A stretch of 64,000 bases of DNA from Pseudomonadota bacterium (GTDB lineage Bacteria; Myxococcota_A; UBA9160; PR03). Positions within the stretch are counted from its first letter, which is position 1, and each line of letters begins with the position of its first letter. The notes under the pieces are model-generated. The model saw only the letters and a list, made by a program, of their open reading frames with translations. It did no database searches and was not told the DNA's origin. The stretch lies in assembly GCA_003576805.1 (NCBI GenBank), contig QEVM01000003.1, positions 1,016-65,015 on the forward strand, in the 5' to 3' direction. Of this stretch, positions 57,592-64,000 are shown piece by piece. A program made the translations under genes and the position numbers.

Positions 57592-60435
57592 ATGCGCCGA
57601 CCCTGGGCCGACACGCTGCTGATGGCGCTGCTGCTGCCGCTCTTCGCGGCCTGTCTGGCGCTGCACGTGCGCGAGGCGCGCCGGACCGGACTCGCGCAGC
57701 CGCCCGTGTTCGCGACCGGCCGCGGCGCCGACGCCTACCCCGTCGTCGGCGGCGTGCGGCTCGAACGCGGCGCCGACTGGTCGGGCCTCGTGCTCGGCGA
57801 TCGCCTGATCCGCGTCGGCGACACCGATCTGCGCGGCAAGGGCTACATCGGCTTCGACGCGTACGCGCTGCACGAGGCGGGCACGCGCGGCAGCGCGCCG
57901 CTCGTGATCGAACGCGACGGCGAGCGCCACGCGATGACGCTCGCGATGCAGCGCCAGCAGCTCCCCTGGTATCGCGTGCCGTTCATGCTCTCGTTCGTGC
58001 TGGTCGCGACGCTGGTGCTGCTGCGCTCGCCGGGCTCCGCGACGGCGCGCGTCCTGTTCGCGGGCTTCGTCGCGTTCGCGTGCGTCGAGACGCCCTTCTA
58101 CGGCGGGCCGCCGCTCCAGACGTACGCGTACGGGGCGCTCTTCCACGGCGTCGGTCCGCTGGCGGTCGGGCTGCTGCTCGCGTTCTTCGCGCGGCTGCCC
58201 GCGGAGGTGCCGCGCGAGCGCCGCGCATCGCCGTGGTGGGGGCTCGCCGGCGCACTCTTCGCCGTCGTGCGCATCCCGTACTTCTTCGACTGGCCGGTGC
58301 CGGCGCTCGTCGCGCCGGCGGCCGTGCTGGTCTGCGACGTCGGGTTCCTGGTGCTGGGCGTCGCGCTCGTCGGCTGGAACGTCGCGCACGCAGAGCCGAT
58401 CGGACGGCGCCGCGTGCGCTGGGTGCTGGTCGGCGCGGCGTTCGGCATCGCGCCGATGGCGGTGACGCTCTCGCTGCAGTCGCTGCTCGAGCCCGCGACG
58501 TATCACCGGCTCTTCCAGTACAGCGCGATCGGCGCGGTGTTCCTGCCGCTCGGGCTCGCCGTCTCGATCACGCGCGCGAACCTGCTCGACATCGACCGCC
58601 TGCTGTCGGCGACGACCGCCTATTCGGTGGCGGTCGGCGCCGCGGTCGCGGCGGCGCTCGCGGTCGTGCCGCCGCTCGGGCGCGCCGCCGCCGCGGCGTC
58701 GGGCCTCGATCCGCGCTCGGCGCAGACGCTCGTCGCGCTCGCCGTCGCCGCGGTCGCGGTGCCGATCGGGCGCCGGCTGCGCCCGGTCGTGGAGGGCGTC
58801 TTCTTCCCCGAACGCGCCGTCGTGGAGCGCGGCTTCCGCCAGCTCCTGCGCGATCTCTCGGAGTGCGGCGGCGCGGACGAGCTGCTCGAGCTGGCGCGCG
58901 CGCGCATCGAGTCGCTGCTCGGGCTGCGCTCGTGCGCGGTGTACGAGCCCGACGGCGACGCCTTCGCCGTGCGCGGCCGCCCCGACGCGCCGCGCTTGCG
59001 CCGCGACGGCGCGCTCGTGCGGCTGCTCGAGCGCGACTCGGTGCCCGTGCGCAGCGCGCGCGCCGCGCTCGCGGCCGGCGAGCGCGAGGCGCTCGCCGGC
59101 GCGCCGATCCTGGTGCCGGTGCGCGCCGGCAAGGACCTCGCCGCGCTGCTCGCGCTCGGCGCCAAGCGCTCGGGCGACGTCTTCCCGTCCGCCGAGCTGA
59201 CGCTGCTCGGCGCGCTCGCGGAGAAGGCGTCGGCGGAGCTCGGCCGGCTGCGCGATCGCGCGGCGCTCGCCAGCGAGCGCGAGCGCGCCGCCGCGCTGCA
59301 GCAGCTCACCGACGAGGCGCAGGCCGCCAACCGCGCCAAGTCGCGCTTCCTCGCCGCCGCGAGCCACGACCTGCGCCAGCCGCTGCACGCGCTCGGCCTC
59401 TTCGTCGACCGGCTCTCCGATCACGTCGCCGGCGACGTCGGCCGCGCGCTCGCCGAGCAGGTCCAGGCGACGACGCGCGCGCTGCGCGATCAGCTCGACG
59501 CGCTGCTCGACCTCTCGCGGCTCGACGCGGGCGGCGTCGAGCCCGACGTGCGCGCCTTCGCGATCGGTCCCGAGCTCGCGCGGCTCGCCGCCGAGACGAG
59601 CGCCGCCGCGCGCGAGAAGGGGCTCGGCTTCCGCTTCGAGCCGGCGGACGCCGTCGTCGCGAGCGATCCGATCCTGCTCGCGCGCGTCCTCCAGAACCTG
59701 CTCGCCAACGCCGTCCGCTACACGAACGCGGGCTCGGTCGCGCTGCGCGCGCGGCGCGACGGCGCGCGGCTGTGGATCGAGGTCGCGGACACGGGCCCCG
59801 GCATTCCCGCCGACCGCCAGCGCGAGATCTTCTCCGAGTTCTACCGGCTCGACCCGCGCGCGGGCGACGGCGGCCTCGGCCTCGGCCTCGCGATCGTCGA
59901 CCGCACCGCGCGCCTGCTCGGCCACGCCGTGCAGCTCGACTCCGCGCCCGGCCGCGGCTCGGTGTTCCGCGTCGCGCTCCCGCTCGCGGCGGCCGGGACC
60001 GACACGACGGAGAGTCGCGCGCCCGGCGCCGCGGCCGGCCTCGCGGGCCGCCGCGTGCTCGTGGTCGAGGACGAGCCGGCGGTGCTCGAAGCGATGCGCG
60101 GACTGCTCGAGTCCTGGGGCTGCCGCGTCACGCCCGCGCGCAGCGTCGCCGCCGCCACCGACGCGCTCTCGCCCGGCGCCGCGCCGCCCGACCTCATCAT
60201 CGCCGACTACCGCCTCGGCGACGCCGAGACCGGCATCGACGCGATCGAGCGCATCCGCCGCGCCACCGGCGTCGACGTCCCGGCCGTCCTCGTGAGCGGC
60301 GAGTCCGGCCGCGACTCGCTCGTCGCGATCCGCGCGAGCGGCCTCCGCCACCTCGCCAAGCCCGTCCCGCCCGCCCGGCTGCGCGCGCTCCTCGCCGAGC
60401 TGCTGCGCCGCCCGGGCGCCGGCGCGCCGCACTGA
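57592..60435 (+). CDS. Membrane hybrid sensor histidine kinase/response regulator
   Basis: N-terminal TM, possible PDZ-like segment and a multi-TM block. HisKA 'FLAAASHDLRQPLHAL'. HATPase 'GGLGLGLAIV'. C-terminal REC 'VLVVEDEPAV...DLIIADYRL'. Confidence 0.85.
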   Translation: MRRPWADTLLMALLLPLFAACLALHVREARRTGLAQPPVFATGRGADAYPVVGGVRLERGADWSGLVLGDRLIRVGDTDLRGKGYIGFDAYALHEAGTRGSAPLVIERDGERHAMTLAMQRQQLPWYRVPFMLSFVLVATLVLLRSPGSATARVLFAGFVAFACVETPFYGGPPLQTYAYGALFHGVGPLAVGLLLAFFARLPAEVPRERRASPWWGLAGALFAVVRIPYFFDWPVPALVAPAAVLVCDVGFLVLGVALVGWNVAHAEPIGRRRVRWVLVGAAFGIAPMAVTLSLQSLLEPATYHRLFQYSAIGAVFLPLGLAVSITRANLLDIDRLLSATTAYSVAVGAAVAAALAVVPPLGRAAAAASGLDPRSAQTLVALAVAAVAVPIGRRLRPVVEGVFFPERAVVERGFRQLLRDLSECGGADELLELARARIESLLGLRSCAVYEPDGDAFAVRGRPDAPRLRRDGALVRLLERDSVPVRSARAALAAGEREALAGAPILVPVRAGKDLAALLALGAKRSGDVFPSAELTLLGALAEKASAELGRLRDRAALASERERAAALQQLTDEAQAANRAKSRFLAAASHDLRQPLHALGLFVDRLSDHVAGDVGRALAEQVQATTRALRDQLDALLDLSRLDAGGVEPDVRAFAIGPELARLAAETSAAAREKGLGFRFEPADAVVASDPILLARVLQNLLANAVRYTNAGSVALRARRDGARLWIEVADTGPGIPADRQREIFSEFYRLDPRAGDGGLGLGLAIVDRTARLLGHAVQLDSAPGRGSVFRVALPLAAAGTDTTESRAPGAAAGLAGRRVLVVEDEPAVLEAMRGLLESWGCRVTPARSVAAATDALSPGAAPPDLIIADYRLGDAETGIDAIERIRRATGVDVPAVLVSGESGRDSLVAIRASGLRHLAKPVPPARLRALLAELLRRPGAGAPH

Positions 60436-60495
60436 GCGGGCAAGGAGAGGCGGCGCCACTCGCCGATGTCGACGTCGCGGCCGATCCGGGCTGGC

Positions 60496-62115
60496 TCAGT
60501 GCAGCTCAGCTGACACGCTCGTCACCGTACCCGCGCGACTCAATCGTCCCGCAACGCGCGAGAGGAGTCGCCTTCTGAGCTCCCGATCGGAAGCGAACAA
60601 GCGCAGGTCTTCGAATGCGATCCGTGGATCCGCCTGGTAGGCCGCCATCGCCATGCGCGCACGGCGAACCGCACGGACCCAATCACTGGCCCCCCTGGCG
60701 AGCGACGGATCGAGGCGAATACACGGGACTCCCACGTGCGCCGCCAATCGTGTGGTGACTCGGACGCCAGACTTGCTGCCCACGTCGATCAAGGCATCAC
60801 ACAGCGCGAGAGTATCGACGAGGGCCTGCCGCTCGCCTTCGGCGGAAGCACCCTGATCCGGAGGAACCGAATAGACGGCGCGGCACTCGACCCCTGCTGC
60901 CTCGAGCAGGGCTCGCAGCGGCTCGATCGAGCGCCACCCGGATCGGTCCACGATCGCCACGGACTTTCCGCGAAGCCTGCGCATGCGACGATCGGCGAGA
61001 ACGCTCGTCAACATCGACTTCACATGAATCGCGTCGAGCTCTTCCGTCGAACGGTCGAGCTCCGCCCGCAGCTCGGCAGCAACGGCATTCTTGGTTCGAG
61101 CGGAAGCAGCCAACGACTTCCGATCTCCGATGTTCTCGAGCTCGGTTGACTCATCGTCGTGGTGTAAGACGAGCTTCCACGGGTACTTGACGATCGAAGT
61201 GAGGCGACCCGGTTGGAGGAAGTAGCGATTGTCCGTGCGGAGGTATCGCTGCGAATCCTCGGCGCTCGCGGGTCCGCCCCGCACGAGGTGAGCGATGTTT
61301 CGTCCGCGGCTCTGGCTCGAAAGCTGCGCATCCGGATCGAGGCTCAGCAAGTCGACCAACGACACAGCAAGGTCGATGCTGGACACGGGGCAGTCGATTG
61401 AACGGGGGACGCAACCGGGAGATCGGATCAGCAAGGGGATTCGGATGTTCTCGCTTGACAAAACCAAGTCGTGGCCGTGGTGGTCTAGCTCAGCGCGCCA
61501 TTCGGCGATCGGGCGATCATCGGGGGGCACCGGAAATCCGTGATCCGAGCAGACCACCAGCACGCTGTTCGTAAGCACATTCCTCAGGATCCAGAGCAGC
61601 CGTTGGACCTGCGCCTCGGTTTCCTGCCCCGAGTACATGTTGAGGTGCGCGAACAAGAAGCGCGGCGACCTCGCGTCGTCTGCCAGCGTTCGCTCGATGG
61701 CGTCGATGATCTGATCGTTGCTCCAGTCCTCCCGGTAGCGGGAGCCCGACGACCAGTGTTTGCGAGGGATTGAGGGTAGGACGCTCCGGAGGCGGTCGCG
61801 CGTGTACGGATACCAAGCCGCCTGGTGCACGAGATACCCCCGCTCGGACAGGACCTGGGGCAAAGAGCGGATCTTGTCGGGATCGAAGCTGAAGTCGGCG
61901 AACGTCCGGCCGAGCTGGTAGGCGTGCATGCCGGTCATCATCGCGCTCACGGACATCAGGGTGCTCGGAGCGGACGTGAACGCGTTCGTAAAGCGCACAG
62001 AATCGGGCTCGAGCATTTTCAGGAACGGGAGCGGGTCTCTCGCGGCGTGCCGTCGGCTGGGCCGAGCGCGCATTCCATCCACGAGAATCCAAACCAGGTT
62101 CGGTCGTTCTGCCAC
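60496..62115 (-). CDS. Cytoplasmic alkaline-phosphatase-superfamily (sulfatase-fold) protein with a non-canonical active-site motif and a ~200-aa unknown C-terminal domain
   Basis: 'PNLVWILVDGMRA', 'FTSAPSTLMSVSAMMTG' (S-A-P-S-T instead of C/S-x-P-x-R), 'LVVCSDHGF'. No signal peptide. GTG 62115 lies 7 nt after AGGAGA (GTG 62184 is an alternative). Visibly lower GC. Confidence 0.7.
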   Translation of the reverse strand: MAERPNLVWILVDGMRARPSRRHAARDPLPFLKMLEPDSVRFTNAFTSAPSTLMSVSAMMTGMHAYQLGRTFADFSFDPDKIRSLPQVLSERGYLVHQAAWYPYTRDRLRSVLPSIPRKHWSSGSRYREDWSNDQIIDAIERTLADDARSPRFLFAHLNMYSGQETEAQVQRLLWILRNVLTNSVLVVCSDHGFPVPPDDRPIAEWRAELDHHGHDLVLSSENIRIPLLIRSPGCVPRSIDCPVSSIDLAVSLVDLLSLDPDAQLSSQSRGRNIAHLVRGGPASAEDSQRYLRTDNRYFLQPGRLTSIVKYPWKLVLHHDDESTELENIGDRKSLAASARTKNAVAAELRAELDRSTEELDAIHVKSMLTSVLADRRMRRLRGKSVAIVDRSGWRSIEPLRALLEAAGVECRAVYSVPPDQGASAEGERQALVDTLALCDALIDVGSKSGVRVTTRLAAHVGVPCIRLDPSLARGASDWVRAVRRARMAMAAYQADPRIAFEDLRLFASDRELRRRLLSRVAGRLSRAGTVTSVSAELH

Positions 62116-62152
62116 CGCGGCGTCTCCTGTGACTGGACTGAGCCCATGGGTC

Positions 62153-62914
62153 TCACCAGCGCCAATCGTGACTCCACAGCTCACCGGACATTCGCGACGT
62201 CAGTCGCGCGTACGAAGCGAGGTCGGTCTCCGAGTCGACCTCGCACCACCGACCCTCGATCGGCACGGCGGCGACCTGCTGACCCCGCGAGATCGCGAGT
62301 CGCAGGAGTGAAGTGATGTCGAGTCGGTCGACGTCCGCGGGTGGCAGAGTGGCGAGCGCGAGTCTAAGCGCATTCCAGCCGTTTGGCGTCAGGCGCGTCA
62401 AGCCGATGTACTGCGCCTCGACGTCTGCGTAAGAACGCGGACGAGCGCCGATGTCGGCCACGCGGCCGTTCTCGAGCCGCAACGTCTCGGCGTCGGCGAG
62501 AGGGTTCTCGAATCTTAGTGTCCAAAGCTCTCGCCAGCGCGTATCGACCGCGATCGCGATCTCGTGATCCGAGCCGAGGAGGCGAGTGATGATCTCCGGA
62601 TGGAAGGCGATATCCGAGTAAACCACGATGCACAGGCCGCGCGCCAGCAGGTCACTCGCTTGCTCGAGAGACCGCACCATGTTCGTCGACTCCCACCGCG
62701 AGTTCTCGAGCAGGAGGTGAGGGCCCGTCACGGAATCCGCGCGGTATCCGCGGACGATTGCAATCTGTTCGATGCCTGCTCTTCGCAGAGCCGCGATCTG
62801 CCAATCGAGGAGAGTTCGTCCGGCGATCTCAAGCAGACACTTGGGCGCATTCTCTGTTGCGCGCCCCATCCGGCGTCCTCGACCTGCTGCGAGTATGACG
62901 GCGTGCGGCGTCAA
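62153..62914 (-). CDS. Nucleotidyltransferase (MobA/LicC-like; candidate Cj1416-type CTP:phosphoglutamine cytidylyltransferase)
   Basis: 'AVILAAGRGRRMG....PKCLLEIAGRTLLDWQI' NTP-transferase P-loop-like signature. TTG 62914 overlaps the upstream stop (TTGA). ATG 63013 is an alternative. Confidence 0.7.
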   Translation of the reverse strand: MTPHAVILAAGRGRRMGRATENAPKCLLEIAGRTLLDWQIAALRRAGIEQIAIVRGYRADSVTGPHLLLENSRWESTNMVRSLEQASDLLARGLCIVVYSDIAFHPEIITRLLGSDHEIAIAVDTRWRELWTLRFENPLADAETLRLENGRVADIGARPRSYADVEAQYIGLTRLTPNGWNALRLALATLPPADVDRLDITSLLRLAISRGQQVAAVPIEGRWCEVDSETDLASYARLTSRMSGELWSHDWRW

Positions 62915-63576
62915 GCGTTGACCTGCCGGCGTGCCGTCCGGTCGAAGCCGAGAAAGCGCTCGAAGATTGCGAGGTCCGTGTCCCGCGCCTTCGAATACCG
63001 CTCGGGGTGCCACTGGAGCGCGAGCACACGGGGTTGCGGCGCATAGGCCGCTTCGACGATGCCGTCGTAGGCGACGAGAAGCGGCGTGAGAGGCTGAGCG
63101 ATCTGGGACGCGGCCACGCCGTTTCGGTGGTAGGAGTTCACGTTTTCCATGGCGCGAAGGATGTCGGCGAAGTCGTGGGACGCATTCGTGGGGCCGACCT
63201 CATGCGGCGTCCCGCAGTGACGGTCGGGATCGCATCGTTCGAGGGGTCCCCCGAAAATGGTTTGAATGAGCTGCAGGCCTCGGCAGATGCCTACGATCGG
63301 AACACCGCATGCAACGGCCGAATGAAAAAGCCTCTCCTCTGCCGCGTCCCGATCGGGGTCGGAGCCAAGGTCATCACCTCCCGTCAAGATCAACGCGGTA
63401 ACGGGAACCGTACGCAGGAGGCGCTCCGCCATGCGGGGCTCGTTCGGCGCCCCGAAGCACACGGCGTTGGGCGTGAGCTCCGCGAAGAAACGCCACCAGC
63501 GTCGGTCGACCGAGTCGCGCGTCTCGCCTCGCTGCACGGATCTCCTGGCGGAGACGGCGAAGATCTCAGCCGGCAT
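62911..63576 (-). CDS. Class I glutamine-amidotransferase-like / peptidase C26 hydrolase (candidate Cj1417-type gamma-glutamyl-CDP-amidate hydrolase)
   Basis: Nucleophile elbow 'VPIVGICRGLQLI' and 'LALQWHPE' His/Glu region, typical of gamma-glutamyl hydrolase (PuuD/C26) proteins. Start overlaps the upstream gene by 11 nt. Confidence 0.8.
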   Translation of the reverse strand: MPAEIFAVSARRSVQRGETRDSVDRRWWRFFAELTPNAVCFGAPNEPRMAERLLRTVPVTALILTGGDDLGSDPDRDAAEERLFHSAVACGVPIVGICRGLQLIQTIFGGPLERCDPDRHCGTPHEVGPTNASHDFADILRAMENVNSYHRNGVAASQIAQPLTPLLVAYDGIVEAAYAPQPRVLALQWHPERYSKARDTDLAIFERFLGFDRTARRQVNA

Positions 63577-64000
63577 CGAGGGGCATCAACGACTGAGTCG
63601 CGGGGGAGATCACGGCTCGGTGCGATCTCGCAATGCGCGTGAACGCGCGCTCGCCGCAGCCGATCGCAGCCGCCAGACCGTGCTCGACGCAGCGGATCGC
63701 CATGTGCGAGTTCGCGCCGCCGAACCGCGTCACCAAGCCGATCGGACCGTGGGGGAAGATCCAGTCGTAGCCAGGGTCCGCTTGTTCGATCGCCACGATC
63801 TTCCCGCAGATGTTCCCGGGGCTGTGCAGCGGCGACAACACGGCCACCTCCCCACTCACCGTCTGCGATCCGACGAAGGTCGGGGTGGCGAGATCCTCGA
63901 GGACGACATCTACGTCCGTTGCCGCGAAAATCGCGGAGGGGAGCGGTGTCGCACGCGCGACCTCGTGGAGGCGGCGGCCGGCTTGGACCAAGTCAGCCAG
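63566..64000 (-). CDS. C-terminal part of a PEP-utilising-enzyme (phosphohistidine swivel domain) protein; candidate Cj1418-type L-glutamine kinase (5' part outside window)
   Basis: 'GKIVAIEQADPGYDWIF..GPIGLVTRFGGANSHMAIRCVEHGLAAAIGCG' is the PEP-utilisers mobile-domain signature with its catalytic His. The frame is open to the window edge. Confidence 0.75.
   Translation of the reverse strand: MADLVQAGRRLHEVARATPLPSAIFAATDVDVVLEDLATPTFVGSQTVSGEVAVLSPLHSPGNICGKIVAIEQADPGYDWIFPHGPIGLVTRFGGANSHMAIRCVEHGLAAAIGCGERAFTRIARSHRAVISPATQSLMPLDAG

Noticed and set aside
62153-64000. Interpreting the PEP-utilising enzyme + nucleotidyltransferase as a phosphonate (PEP mutase/AEP cytidylyltransferase) cluster, or as housekeeping PEP synthase
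   Set aside because: The visible fragment is the phosphohistidine swivel domain, not a PEP mutase/isocitrate-lyase fold. Its tight coupling to a C26 amidotransferase-like hydrolase fits the glutamine-kinase pathway better. This remains unproven until the N-terminal part is seen.

Overview
Very GC-rich, gene-dense chromosomal window from a Gram-negative-type bacterium (outer-membrane porin, lipoprotein and many PEP-CTERM sorting tags; lineage not determinable from sequence alone). I support about 50 protein genes, one tRNA-Arg(TCG), one IS481-family transposase remnant, and no rRNA or CRISPR. Most long ORFs in the six-frame track are antisense or off-frame artefacts of the high GC content. Left to right: (a) an acyl-CoA/oxidoreductase block with an embedded porin (1-9909); (b) a K+ channel, tRNA-Arg, and a PEP-CTERM gene running in-frame into an IS481 remnant (9913-13092); (c) a TetR / acyltransferase-3::DUF2147 / fatty-acid hydroxylase unit; (d) envelope and secreted proteins, including a 1550-aa protein with a ~400-aa internal duplication; (e) a GHSHGG-type lipase with its Lif-type foldase; (f) two hybrid histidine kinases and a LuxR-type regulator; (g) a carrier-protein-centred oxidative tailoring cluster (42136-51685); (h) two tandem Cys-containing paralogs translationally coupled to a Baeyer-Villiger monooxygenase. 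The most interesting signal is (i), a visibly lower-GC island at the right edge (60496-64000). Its gene order matches the Campylobacter jejuni Cj1418-Cj1417-Cj1416 phosphoramidate pathway: a PEP-utilising swivel-domain enzyme, then a class-I amidotransferase/C26 hydrolase, then a nucleotidyltransferase. In place of the Cj1415 kinase it carries a non-canonical alkaline-phosphatase-superfamily protein. All functional calls come from motif recognition by eye; no searches were run.
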